Shown one piece after another: positions 12,956 through 27,700 of a DNA stretch of 64,000 bases. Origin of the DNA: the human T2T-CHM13v2.0 reference genome, Homo sapiens; assembly GCF_009914755.1 (NCBI RefSeq), contig NC_060933.1; one strand, 5' to 3'. The position numbers and the translations under genes are program-made. Each line of letters begins with the position of its first letter. Position 1 is the first letter of the stretch. A model generated the notes under the pieces. The model made no database searches. It was given only the letters and a program-made list of their open reading frames with translations, and had not been told where the DNA came from.

Positions 12956-13074
12956 GTAGAGACAGGGTTTCACCATGTTGGCCAGGCTGGTCTCCAATTC
13001 CTGACCTCAGGTGACCCGCCTGCCTCAGCCTCCCAAAGTGCTGGAATTACAGACATGAGCCACTGCGGCCAGCC
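12956..13074 (-). mobile_element. AluS left-arm fragment (right arm and tail absent)
   Basis: 'gtagagacagggtttcaccatgttggccaggctggtctcc...cctcaggtgacc...gagccactgcggccagcc'; no A-rich linker, right monomer or poly(A). Confidence 0.9.
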
Positions 13075-13089
13075 ATTTAATGGTCTTTA

Positions 13090-13800
13090 CTTGTAAATAT
13101 GGGGATAATGAAGGAAACTTGGATGACTCTCAGATGAGACCAGTCACCTGCCTTAGTCACAGGCCTCACCTTGGTTACGCTGGTATAGCACTAAGACCAC
13201 CTGGCATGCCCACGTTCCCCTTCTTGCAGAACCTTCCCTCCCTGCAGCTTCTGCTTTAAAGACTTAGGGCTGTCATCTTTGATACAGTGCGACTCGGACC
13301 AGGTGTGGATGACTGGACCAGGGATGGGCAGTGCTCTAAGGAAGCCAAGCCAAAGACACAAGGCATGGCCTGGCCCCCCACAAGATGAGCTGAATTAACC
13401 AAGACCTTCATTTGAGCTGAGAGACTGCAATGAGGTATCATCGATGAGAGCTGAAGTAGAAAGGATATCCTGGGGTAGAATTAGGCTGGACAAGATCCTG
13501 GGGAAAAAATTCTGAGATGAGGAAGTAGATATTACAGGGACACAGGAGCTATGAGGCAGGGAAAATATGTGGTGCAAAGACGTGGTGCACAAGGTGAACG
13601 TAGGTCACTGAAGGATGGAAGAGAAAGACATGTAGAGGGAGAAACAGAGAGAGAGTGAAAGAGAGACAAGGAAGGAGAAAGAAAGAGAGAGACAAGAGAG
13701 AACTAGTCTCTAAAACTGATAAAACTGTCTCTAATGCTAACAGTTTTCCAATTCCTGCCCATGACTGTGGATATTCACAATAAGCCCTCCTTGTTTTGCT
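13090..13800. mobile_element. Probable old LTR relic (ERVL-type, family uncertain)
   Basis: LTR-like layout with a purine-rich (GA) segment and a 'caataagccctcc' end; no confident family match. Confidence 0.3.
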
Positions 13801-15390
13801 GGATGTTTTGCCCTGTTAGGCCATTTTCAGAGGCAGAGAGTTTGAGAGGCTTACTCTAAAAAGTGTCTTAGAAGTCTGGAAATTGAAGTTGGCTCCACTG
13901 GGCATGACCTTGACTATGACCTGAGCAGCATTATTACTAAGAACTAACTCTTAAGAAGGGGCACGCCTCGTAACTAATTCAGATAAGCAGAGTTTGCTTG
14001 CTTGGGAATCCTCTGAATCGCCTGTGGCCTAATTCTATGAACAAAACCCCAGAGAAGAGCCACTGTTTATGGCTGAGGGAAAGGTCCATTTACTTAAATA
14101 GGGCCCGACATGCTGGTAGCGCAATGCTTTGACAAGTGGGAAAGGACAAATGGAATCACCTAAATGGCTCTGGCTATTTATCTATATATTGTAAGTGCTG
14201 TATTTCCTGGAAAGAAGCTGGGACTTAAGAAAATAGTTTTAACCTGTTCTCTCAACTTCCTGGCTGCCGTGATACTCAAACCACATTTCAATATTTCTGG
14301 GTTTTGTCTGACAAAGTAGAAGTGTGTGGAGGTGGAGGTGAGGAGGGGAGGAAGGAGGAGGATGTAGTGAAGATGAAATCATAAAACCGGAAGGAATTCA
14401 AAGGGTCAAACACTACAGGCCCCATCTGCAGGCAGGACCGTTCTAAAACCGGGGGAGATGCACCTCCTATGTCAAATTGGCAACAAGGGCATTCTAGATA
14501 TTTAGGCCATTTTGCTCATGCTGCCAAAAGCCTCCTTTGTCACGGAGAGTAGACCTGATATCTGATCTATCTGAAGGAGCACCAGGTACTTGCCCTTTTT
14601 TCCAATCTCTCTTCCATTGCTGCCTTAAAATTTTGTAAGTTAAAAGTCATCTGTTTGGGCTACCTATCTCCAGGCATTCTCTTTCGATCTTTATATAAAC
14701 TTATCAAATAACATTTCTCTAGGGCAGTAGAGAATTGCTGAGTGATTTTGAGATTACTGGGCATCTGTGTGGACTGTGGGAGAAAACAAAACAAAACTAT
14801 GATATAGTATGATATGATATATGATATGAAATGATACGACACCATCAATCTGTGGCTTTAAAAATTCTTTGTGTATTTATCTCATTTTTCCCCACAACAC
14901 AAAAGATAGATGCTTTTATTATTCCCATCTTTCAGATGAGAAAAACCAAGGGTTTGAGAGATTGCATGGCTTTTCCAAGCTCTAGAATTAAGGGGCAGAG
15001 TTTAGGTGTGACTCCAGTCCATGGGTTGGGTGTTTTTTTTCCTACTCTAGGTGGGTTCTCCAGGGAACTGAAGATATTCACAAACTGTTTCAGGTTGGCT
15101 TTGTAGCCAGTGACCAGCAGCCAGCAGGATTCAGGGGTAACAGCAGGCAGTGGGCCCTCCCTCCCCCATGAGCAGACCAAGCCCTCTCCAGGAGGGGAGC
15201 CTCCATGGGGCCATGGCACCCCTGAGGAGTAGCAGCCTGGCCAGCCCTCAGGAGAGATGACAAGAGTTGTCCCTTTCCCTAGCATGTAAAGTTGTGTAGG
15301 AAATTACCAACCCTATTCTCTGCCTTCTCTTTCCACTCAAAGGCATGTCACTTTCAGACAGAAATCTGACTCAAAATGTACTGTCATCAT

Positions 15391-16232
15391 CTATATTAGT
15401 TATCTATTGGTGCATAACGGCTTACCTCAACATTTAGCAGCTTAAAATAATAAACATTAATTATCTTAGTTTCTGTGGGTCAGAAATTTCAGAGCGGCAT
15501 AGCTTGGGAGTTCTAGCTCCAGGTCTCTCCAAGGCTGCAGCCATCTAAGGTTTGACTGGGGCTGGAGGACCCACTTCTGAAATGGCTCACCCAATGGCTA
15601 CTGGCAAGAGATTTCAGTTCTTTGCTGGCTGTTGGCAGGAAGCCTCACTTCCTTGCCACATGGACCTCCCCCTGGGGCTGCTTGAGTGTCTTCATGACAT
15701 GGCAGTCAGCTTTCCCCAGAGTGAGTAATCCAAGGTAAAGGAGGAAGTCCTGGTGCCATTTATGTTTGAATCGTGGGAGACCCACACTGCCCCTCCGGCA
15801 CACTCCATTCCTTAGAACAAGTCAGTAAGTACAGCTCACATTTCAGAGAGGGAATTAGGGTGTACCTATTGGAGGAAAGAATATCAAAGTATTTGTGGAT
15901 ATTTATTGATTATTTCTATTTTATTTTATTTTCCATTTTTTGAAACAGGGTGTCACTCTGTCACCCAGGCTAGAGTACAGTGGTGTGATCATGGCTCACT
16001 GAAAACTCAAACTCCTGCATCAGCTTCCCAAGTAGCTAGGACTATAGGTGAGCAGCACCACGCCTGGCTAACTTTTTAAATTTTTTGTAAAGACCAGGTT
16101 TTGTCATGTTGCTCAGGCTAATCTTGAACTCCTGGCCTCAAGCAATCCTCCTGCCTCGGCCTCCTGAAATGCTGGGATTACAAGTGTGACCCATCATGCC
16201 CGGCCTATTTGCGGATATTTAAAAACCACCAC
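15391..16232 (-). mobile_element. MLT1 (G/H-like) solo LTR interrupted by AluJ
   Basis: Begins 'tatattagttatctattggtgcataac...agcttaaaataataaac' and ends 'ggatatttaaaaaccaccac'. Confidence 0.8.
15906..16205 (-). mobile_element. AluJ with a small internal deletion
   Basis: AluJ-type 'gtgatcatggctcactg' and 'ctcctggcctcaagcaatcctcc'. 16-bp TSD tatttg(t/c)ggatattta at 15890-15905 and 16206-16221. Confidence 0.92.
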
Positions 16233-17448
16233 GCAGGCCCACAGGAGCACTGAGAAATCTCAAAAACATTCAAGAAGTGTGTGACTCTCACAATTGTCAG
16301 TTAATAAAACCAGAAAGATGAAGGTTTATCTTAGTTACGCACCTCATTAGACTAGATTATAGGATTGTTTTGATGGCGCTCTGAGAAACATTCCAAGAAG
16401 CACACAGTCCTAAATGTAACAGGCAGATGATTATAGTCCATTGCATACAGTGCACTAACAACCATGGCCAGGATGTATTGATAGTTTACTGTGTGCCCAT
16501 CATTGCCAGAGAGGTTCTACTTGCATTAACTCAACCCTCACAATGACACTATGAGATAGGTACTGACATTATCCCCATTTTACTTACAAGGACAGCTCAT
16601 AATTGGTAGAGCTGGGATTTAAAAAAAAGGCATGAGCAGAGTGCTGGCAGAGTCCAGGTGGGAGGAGCCTCTTCCTGCCTGGGTTGGGGTGAGAGTCCTG
16701 AAAGCCATTCTGAAAGAGGAGATATTTGAGCTGGACTATAAAGGATGAGTAGAAGTTTGTTGAGCAGACAATGTAGAAGAGAACACAGTTGGGGCAGGGA
16801 ATTGTGACTACTGAGGTTAGGTTATGTAGCGCTGCTGGGATTTTCCTACAGGCCCCTCATGTGTTCAGGCTTTCTATAGTGTTTGCATCTGAGTCTTACA
16901 CAGGTCATGCCCACAGTCTGATCTTGGTCCCTCCCCAAATAGAATTTCCCGCACCAACAGGCCTTTGAGGAGACAGTGGTGGGTATGGGAGAAAGAGGAA
17001 AATGTCTTCATGTTGCCTGTATCTAGTTAGACTGGGCAGACTGGGAATGAAGTCAGTCTCTTGATTTCATTTCCCACATGGTCTGGTTTGCTTTCTTTGA
17101 TGCTTGCCGCAAACAGTGACCACCACTAGCTAATTGTCCCACTGGTGCGTCTGGCTGGTAATGCTCAAGCTGGGTAAGTTCCATCCATTTTACTGGGGGC
17201 AATTGAGAAGCCTTAAAGCACACATGTTAATGACAGAAACCATGTATCTATAGGAAAAGTCACATGACGGCCATAGCAAACTCCTACTTAGCATGACTGG
17301 GTAAGTAAAGTTGTGGTGGTTAATTGACTATTTCATTTAACTAAGGGTTACACAGAGATCATCCATACCTTACTGATTTTCAAATAATTAGAATCCGGTT
17401 AAGCACCACTTTGGTCTGAAATAACTCTGTGCATGATTTAATATTTCT

Positions 17449-19323
<1,875 letters not shown>

Positions 19324-20351
19324 AATATTTCTATCAAGACTCACTATCAAGAAGGCACTGCAGATTTTGTGGGTTCTTAAAGTCCGTGTTGTAAAGATAA
19401 ATTAGGTATATGAGGTTGAGGGGGAAAACCAGGGCAAAAAATGTTTTCCTGTGGAAACCACCAAGCTTGCTCTGGGGGTTGAGTGTGGATGTCAACTTAG
19501 GAAATCATGGGTCTTCCAGGTTATTCCTGGAATGAGAAGACCTTCAAAGAGCAACACAGGGCCATTCCAGAGGACAGATGCCACCACAGACACTGTCTTG
19601 GGCCTTCTCTGACCCAGAGCTAGAAAGGCATCTATGAAAAAATTTCCCTCCTAATCAAAACCAGCTGCTGAGTAGGGTCTATGTGCAGTTTCCAGGGGCA
19701 TTGCTTCCTATAGGAGCACTGAAGTATCACTTGAATGCTAAACCTTACTAGAAATGTAACAAGATGAGAAAAGTTGCATTCATCAAAAGTACATGTGTAG
19801 ATGGAATATTTCAATTAAATGTTCTTTGCAGTGGGTTGGGCTTTCACAATACTTGCATGTCTTTTCATCTTCAAAGGAAATCAGGTCTAGTTTGCTGCAG
19901 AGCTTTTGTTTATTTGAGTGGCATATGCAAATTTGAGGCAGAGCAGAATTGTTAGAAGAGCAAAGGAAAGACCTATCACTTTTCTTAACTGTCTTCTTTC
20001 TCTTTCCCTTACTCCTCCACAAAAATGTTGAACAGATATTTAAAGAAAATCAATATGGAGGCATGTTCCATTATTAGGCTTCCTACTAAGACCATCATGT
20101 CAGCATCTGGCTTTGTTCCTAATGCATTGATGGTTTAAAGCTCACTGGCCAACTTATCTTGTGACCCTAATCACCATGCTTTCTGCTATTGCACTGTTAA
20201 TTATACTTCCATGAGAAAGTGGGAAAGAAAAAAGAAATAAGGAAGGGAATATAAAACAGTCAAGTATTCTACTTTTTGACAATTCTAACTTTTGAAAGAG
20301 GGGTAAAAATCAATGGAGAAGGTTGAAATGAATGTCTAAAATGAGGTTTAA

Positions 20352-20538
20352 CACATGGGGGCCAGTTGGGGGGTGGGGGCGAGGGGAGGGAGAACATTGG
20401 GACAAATAGCTAATATATGCAGGGCTTAAAACCTAGATGACGGGTTGACAGGTGCAGCAAACCACCATGGCACACGTATACCTATGCAACAAATAGTTCT
20501 ACACTTGTGTCCCAGAACTTGAAGTAAAATAAAAATAC
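20352..20538 (+). mobile_element. Very short 5'-truncated L1PA (L1PA8-10-like) 3' end
   Basis: G-rich tract plus 'gggcttaaaacctagatgacgggttgacaggtgcagcaaaccaccatggcacacg'. 13-bp TSD aaatgaggtttaa at 20339-20351 and 20539-20551. Confidence 0.9.
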
Positions 20539-20755
20539 AAATGAGGTTTAAAAGTTGCCTATATCTGACTTTTAAAATCATGTACACTAAAAGGGATTTT
20601 CAAGAGGCTTTGCAGATGAGGAGGCATTGCAGATTTTCAAACTGACTGCAGGTCATGATGCTATTATAACATATAATAAAGCTAATCAATGAGGTACAGG
20701 AAAGGGTCCCTAAGACTGAAAAAGTATGAAGGATGTGTCTGGTCATCATGTCTTT

Positions 20756-21075
20756 TCCTTTCTCTTCCCTTTTTTTTTTTTTTTTTTTTTTTTTGAGACA
20801 GGGTCTCACTCTGTCACCCAGGCTGGAGTGCAGTGGTGCAATCCCAGCTCACTGCAGCCTTGACCTCCTGGGCTCAGGTGATCCTCTTACCTCAGTCTCC
20901 CTCATAGCTGTGACTACAGGTATGCACCACCACACCCGTCTGATTTCTGTATTTTTTTTAGAGATGGGGTTTCGCCATGTTGCCCAGGCTGGTTTCCAAC
21001 ACCTGGGCTCAAGTGATCCACCATCTCGGCCTCCCAGAGTGCTGGGATTCCAGGTGGGAGCCACTGTGCATGGCC
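20756..21075 (-). mobile_element. AluJ
   Basis: 'gcagccttgacctcctgggctcaggtgatcctc'. 17-bp TSD ctggtcatcat(g/t)tcttt at 20739-20755 and 21076-21092. Confidence 0.93.
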
Positions 21076-21199
21076 CTGGTCATCATTTCTTTGTGTTCTC
21101 TTCTTCCTTTTACCTAATGAGAGATAGGGGAAGAGGACCCCAGGATTACTCAGGAAATAGCACAACCAGCCTGGGTTATGTACTTTTATTTGAGAGAGA

Positions 21200-21410
21200 T
21201 TTATGTAGTGATTATTATATGTCAGATACTGTTCCAGCAGATTCTGAATACTAACCCATTTTATGACCATCACAACCCCATTAGGCAGGTACTGTTATTT
21301 CCATTTTATAGATGAGGCAACCAAGGCACACCACTAGTGCATGACAGCACTAGGGTGCATGCAGACAATCTGGCTCAGAATCCATGCTGTTAGCTACTAA
21401 GCCTGCCTGA
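21200..21410 (-). mobile_element. MIR relic
   Basis: 'aggcaggtactgttatttccattttatagatgaggcaaccaaggcac'. Confidence 0.7.
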
Positions 21411-22550
21411 CCTCAGAGCTTTGCTCTTTAAATTTTTCCAGAAATCTTTACTGAAATCCCCGGTGATCTGCCTAAACTAATGAACGTACAGAGATCTGGT
21501 GCCAGTGGGAGCACAGAGACTTTGCTGTCTGGGAAGTGGTCCCTGGAAGGGCCTTCAGGATGGAACAATAGAGCAACAGAATGACTCCCAGAGGAAATTT
21601 CCCAAGTTTCACACAACTTGGGAGCAGAGGGAGGAAGGCGGGGAGGGTGAGTCTGTGGCTGGAAGATGCAGTCCATATGGGATTACATGAAGACATCTGT
21701 ATATATGTGTTTGGAGGTCTGTGTACATGTGGTTCTGGTTGGGTGTCCCTGTGTGTGAAAGTGTTCATGCATTTATGTTTTAATACCCACCATATGCATG
21801 TGCGTGTGTGTGTGTGTGCATGTATGTGTTTGTATATACATCCATGGGCTTGTTAATATACATGAAAGGTGCAAGAATAGCCTCCTTGTAAAGTGACTTG
21901 GTTTCTGTCTTAGTGAATTCAAATTCACATCCAGGAATTCTAAAATCAACAATTTTTATTTTTCCTGAAAGGGCCATTATTTGCTTAGAAGTCCATAGGA
22001 TGAGCAATACATTTGGCATTCTTCTCTTATCTTTAGTGAAGCTGAGGCCCAGTTGGAGACGAACACAGAGTCCCCTGGTATGCAGGCTCTCTGAGCCAGA
22101 GCCCATTCCTGTGGGCAGCCAGGACCTGTCCCTGGGGCTCATAGACATTAGCCATCCAGCTGTCAAATAGAGATATGGAAGGACCTTCCAGGTTCCATTT
22201 TTCCAAACCTTTAAATCTTAAGATCCCATCCAAGGCCAGCCCTGCTGACCCCAGCAACACTGTTTATTCAAGGGCTTTTCAGGGAGCCACTGCCTACACT
22301 GACAGGGACAAGGAGGCACAGCATAATTGCTATCTGTTGCTGCTGCTGCTGCTGCAGTTTTAGCACAAACTGTGAGCACGTCTGTGGGCATTTGTCTGTC
22401 TGCAGAGAGGTCAGTCCAGACTTCTCTCACCGGAAGGCGATGGCTGGAGTGCTATTCCTAAGGAAGCAAAGAACGAGGGGTGGAGAGAGTCGTCCCCGGA
22501 ATTGCATGGCTTGGGGCTTGGTCCAGATTGCGTGGCGAGGAGGGTAAGCA

Positions 22551-22569
22551 GGCCCAGCAGAGGGCGCCA
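22551..22569 (+). promoter_or_regulatory. CTCF-binding motif in a small CpG-retaining patch
   Basis: GGCCCAGCAGAGGGCGCCA closely matches the CTCF core CCASYAGRKGGCRS; many CpGs at 22470-22630. Confidence 0.75.
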
Positions 22570-22659
22570 CCGCGCTGGCTCTCTTCTCCCGCGCAGTGCA
22601 GGCAACGGGGCGGTGTTCAGGAAGGCCAAGGAAGGATAGATTCTCGATACTGTACCCCC

Positions 22660-22785
22660 ACCCCACCCGCCTCTGCCTCCCTCCTTCTCCTATCTCTTCT
22701 CTCCTCCCTGCCCCCTCCCTCCCTTCCCACCTCTCTCTCAGTCTTTCTTTCTTTCCATCTCTAGCCCCTCACCCCCCTCCCCAAC
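22660..22785. repeat. CT-rich polypyrimidine low-complexity tract
   Basis: 'ctctgcctccctccttctcctatctcttctctcctccctgccccctccctcccttcccacctctctctc...'. Confidence 0.85.
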
Positions 22786-24519
22786 TTGAGCAGGTCACCC
22801 CAGGGAACCTCAAGTCTAGTAACTGAGTGTTAATTATGTCTGAGTGGATTCTGGAGAAAAAGAAAACCATATACTGTATCAGCAGAGAAATGGTTTCACT
22901 GTGAGGAAACTAATGATGCTTTTATCAGGAACAATATAAAGATTGCTTTTTTACTAGTGTGTGTCCCATAGGGTTCAGGGCTATGAGATATTTCTGTATC
23001 TGGCTTTAGGTTCCTCTGAGCTTTTACATAATCAAATCAATAGAGCCATGATTCACCCTCTGGCAACAACTGCTCCCTGCAAGTTTGCTGTTGCATCTTT
23101 AGTGGCGAAAGAGAAAATAAATAAATATATGGAAAGGAACTTATTATGAATCTGTAAAAACATTGATTTGTTTCGTCTTCAGTCTTCCTTTTTAATTGCT
23201 TTGCATACACATGTACACACACACTGTGAGGGTCTAGGTTCACAGCCGGTCAGAGAATGAGGTGGCTGACGATTGCCCAGGTATTTGCCATTGTCTGATG
23301 GGAAGAGATGGGTTCTGTTGAGCAGAATCAGAGGTGGAGATGTGCTGCTTGCCTGTCCTCCCGTGTCTTTTTCAGACATTTTATTCATCTTCTCTCCCAT
23401 CCCTGTGAATTCCCTACATTCCAGGCATGATTTTGGTTCTTCCCTTTCTCTTTGAGTTATATTGTTTTTATCAGAAATTTCCCTCCCCTCTGCCTGGCAG
23501 AAATGATCACCCTTGGACCTACATCTGTCCCCAGCAGCATCAGTGAGGCCGCAGACTTCTCACCCTCCCCAGCCCCCATTCTAAGAACAGCTGGTTAGGA
23601 CCTCAGTGAGAATACAATATGGGAGTGGGCAGGAGCAGAGAGAGCAGATCTCACCATTTACTCTGGAGACACATCTTTCCTTCTCATTTCTCCTATCCCC
23701 AAACCTCCGAGTTCACGGAAAGAGAGCACCAGGAATAACTCCTAAAGTCTTTCAGGACACAGGCAGTTTGCCACTCCTTTCCCTCCTTTCTTTAAGTAAA
23801 TAAGCAAAGGCATCTTTCAGGCTAAAACATGGGGGAGGATTCAGTGTTGTGCTACTGTGTCATCTACTTTTCACAGGCAAATTTAGATGACCAGGGCCTC
23901 AAAACACAGGTGTTTCAGTGTCACTTGCTGCTTTGCATTGACAAAGTCAACCGATAAAATAGGTATGTTCAGCTGGGCTTGGAGAAATAAAAACAGGGAC
24001 TCACTGGCAGTCCAGCTGGTCACAGAGACAGGGAAAGGTTGTTTTGTATTTTCTACTCCAGTCCCCAACTTAGAGGCCTTGTTCATAGATAGGCTTCATT
24101 CTTCCCATCCTTCAGAAGCAGAAAAACATTAGAAGTAATAACAGAGACGAGGCAGGAAAGAAAAGCCACTTATGTAATCAGGTGTGCTGGGACCTGGGGA
24201 TGACAGTGTCACAAAAATAAAATGGCTCCCTAATGATGACAGAGTCTTATTACCAAAGCCATGCTCCTGTGACAGTGCTGCCAGGCTCCTCTGAGAGGAC
24301 AGCAATGACAGAATTCTTTAAGGACCTACTTTGGGTAAATATTTGTCCCTAAAGAACATCATCTTTGAGGACCCTCAATCCTATAATCTGGGAGTCCCAG
24401 GCATTTGGACAGATGGGATCCAGCTTGGGTTTCAGGAAAGAAAGGGACTTTCATACAGCGCTGGGGACTGTGATACCAGCAACACAGTGTATTAGCATAC
24501 AAACAATTGCAATGGTGGC

Positions 24520-24760
24520 CATTTATTGAATATCTACCTTGTACCAAAGACTATGCCGGGAGCTTTGTGCAGACTATTGCATTAAGTTAACTTTCACCCT
24601 CAAGACAGTATAGCAAAGAAAGGCTTATTATTCCCATAATTGGGACTTGAGACTCAAAAAGATTACATAATTTGCTCAAGGCCACGGAATTGGTACAAGA
24701 TTGAGCGGGGTTCCAACTAAGTCTCTTTGAGCCTCACATCTCCGGTCTTCCTGCCATGCC
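24520..24760 (-). mobile_element. MIR relic
   Basis: 'atttattgaatatctacc...ttattattcccataattgggacttgagactcaaaaagattacataatttgctcaaggccac'. Confidence 0.7.
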
Positions 24761-27700
24761 AGCATCATAGAAAGTGTTGAAAACATGCTAAGTTAACCTT
24801 GAATGGATCCTGGACAACTTTATTTAAAAATTATATAATTATGTACTTTAAAAACGTATTCAAAATCTTATTGTTACCACATTAAACCATGGATATTATT
24901 CTTAGAAAAAGGCTATTCTTTGGCTTAAAAAAAGGGAATCGCTATAAATCAAGTAAGTAAATATATTGAGATGATAGGGAGGATGGATACAGTAAAAATT
25001 ATGAAGGAGATGAACAGATGACTGGAGGTTGGGGGATGCCACAGCCGGCTGTGCTGCCTTGAAGGGCAGTGAGAATGTTGTTAGTAGCTGCCTAGAATGT
25101 TGTGTAGAGAAGGAGTCTGAGGCCCCATGCATTGTCTGTTAGTGACGTCTGCCATGGCGCACGGGGAAGCACTGGAGGTTGCTGGGGGTAACAGCAAATT
25201 GTGAGGTCTCCTCGCTCTCTTGAATCAAGCCCAACATGCTCCTTTTTCAGAGGAGGAGGAAGCCCAGAGAAATGAACTGAACTTTTCAAATGTCTCAAGG
25301 CAATGATTCTACAACCAGTTGCCTCTTTCTAAGAGGCCCAAACATTTACTCGTGGTTCCCAGTCAATATATTTTGTCTTTTGGGGAGTGGGGATCATGGT
25401 TTTTAATAATTTCACCCAGTTTAGATTCTTTCCAGTAGAAAGGCAGACCTGGATTAGAATCCTGCCTTATTCCACGTGTGCTACAGGAAGTAACCGTGTC
25501 CCTTTTAACCTCTGAAGTTTCTTCCTCTGTGTAGTGGAGTACGTCACCATCACAGTGCTGTTGTGAGGGTTGAATGAAATAAACCACCTAGAGCATTGAT
25601 TATGAAATGCAAAGTCGAAGTTCAAGAAATGGTGCCTAATGTTGTCTCTTTCCCTTGTCTACAAAATGGATACTTGTTACAAGCCTACCAGGTGCCTCAA
25701 CCTTTAACCAGTAGGGTTTTCACTACCATGAAACAAGGGGCAATTCCATGTTCGACACATGCTCGGGAGGCTCTGCTGACTCTCCCAGGCCTTCATGGCC
25801 ATCATCGTTGGGCATGCAGCCCACCACCCTCCCAGCACAGACACACAGATCCCGACCACACACTCCCAACCAGAAATATCCAAAAATACACTAAGAAAAA
25901 TCCAATAATACTTACTTGAGGTTCTTAAACTCTTTCTTTGGGGGTAGATAGATACAAGGCAGTAAACCAGCATAGGGAAAGAAAAATAGCAAAAAACAAA
26001 CAAACCAAAAAAACACCTAATAAAAAAATCCCATAGGAAGGAAATGGAACCCCCCCCCACCCACCCCAAAATGGATCTAAACTGTGTGGTTGCCGGAGCT
26101 GCTTTCCTGAAAAGAGGGCCAGAAACTGAGAGCATGGAGCGCTTAGACTGGAATTGTTTTCTAAACAGAATTTTTTAGGGTACATTTTTCACATATATTA
26201 CCCTTTCTCAAAATGCCCTGGCCAAAAGTAGTAAAAATGCTGTACTATTAAACTTAAGTTAGGGGCCTGTGTTGGCTGAGGGACCCAGCTGGGTTTCTTC
26301 TGGCAACCGGAGAAAGAAGGAGGCGGGAAAGTGCCACTGCGCCCTATTACCCTCAGGTGCCCATTTGGTGCCAACTGGGGGATGTTTGATTGAACTTGGC
26401 CCCTAGCTAAGAACAGTGGGGGTGGGAGTGGGGGAAAAGTAAGAGACAGTTTAAAAAATAATGAAGGGACATAGGTATGTTGAGAAGAAAAAAAGAAAGA
26501 AAAATCACATCTGCATATTTTCTGAATGAGCAAGAGAGGTTATGATTACAGCTTCATTTTGTGTTCCTTGTTAAAAAGAGGCAGGGCCTCCTAGGACTTG
26601 GCAGTGGGTGCCTAGAGGTATGGTAAGAAGAGGGTGGAGAATGGCCCAAGTTTTATTCAAAACAGTAGGTTTTAGCTAAAGCCAAGTTGGGCAAAAGAGA
26701 CATGTTCACAAGTCATCACCAGTTGTGGCCAAAGAAAGGTCACTTTCCATCTTGTGATTTTCCACGGTCCTTGGGGACCAAATTGAAAGCTTTAGGGCTT
26801 TGACTTTGTCCTCAGGAAAGTAAACTCAGCTTGAAGTACAAGTTCCTGGTGGCACACTGGGTCACATTGCCACGACGAAAGTCCAGCACACCCTGACTTG
26901 CTGGAGGATACCTGAGGAAAGGTCTGTGGTCGGAGCTGAGTGGGTTTATTGATCTTACTGGAAAATGGGCATTTCAGCTTCTCTCCAAGGAACCAGCCCA
27001 GACGTGTCAGCAAAGAGTCCCTTTGGACACATTGACCCAAGCTGAAAAATGTATGAAAACACTTCATGTCTACTAAATCTGGTACTGCTAGCTGCATTGT
27101 CTGATGGTCCATCCAAGAAGAAAGGGAGGGACTGGGAAGAGTGACCGCCTCTCTCTGCAGTCCTATGTCTGCACCAGAGCCGCCTCACGGGCCTATGGGC
27201 AGGCAAGGAAGCTGTCAAGGACCTACCAAGCCTTGGCACAAAGATCGCTGCAGTTGGGAAGAACCTTTAGCTCACAGATGTTTTGCAGCAATGAATGGAA
27301 CAAAAACAATGTCTGTTAGTGCCACCAGGCCTTGCAGTTGGAATCTGAGTTTGGGCTGCTAGAACATGACCAAAGGAAACAAATGTTTGACCAGACATCT
27401 GAGAACATGTGTTTTGTTTTGCTTGTGTAGATGCAGACTGCTGGCCTGAGGTGTCTGCTTTTGGCTGAGAGGCAACATGGAGGCCCGTTGCAGACATGCA
27501 CCATGCCAAATACAGGCAAAGCCAGCCTAGGGGATTGCACTGGTCTCTGTTTAAATCCCTCAGTAAGATGGGTTTCCCCCTGTTCTATTCCAAGTCTAAA
27601 CTTACAGTGGTTGAAGAGACGGGACAAAAAAACAGGTGTGGTTTGAACCCTCTGGATTTGAACTCTTTTTTTTCTCTCCTCTTCCTGACTTGGATACCAA

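Noticed and set aside
16763-16776. Partial complement to miR-221 (agcagacaatgtag); also partial miR-122-like (32125) and miR-1/206-like (3305) words
   Set aside because: Only short partial matches with no full mature sequence or hairpin context; not miRNA genes.
20733-21254. 173-aa ORF and similar Alu-overlapping ORFs (9289, 30068, 38352, 50050, 50895)
   Set aside because: Translations of Alu sequence (LSPRLECSG motif), a well-known source of false ORFs.
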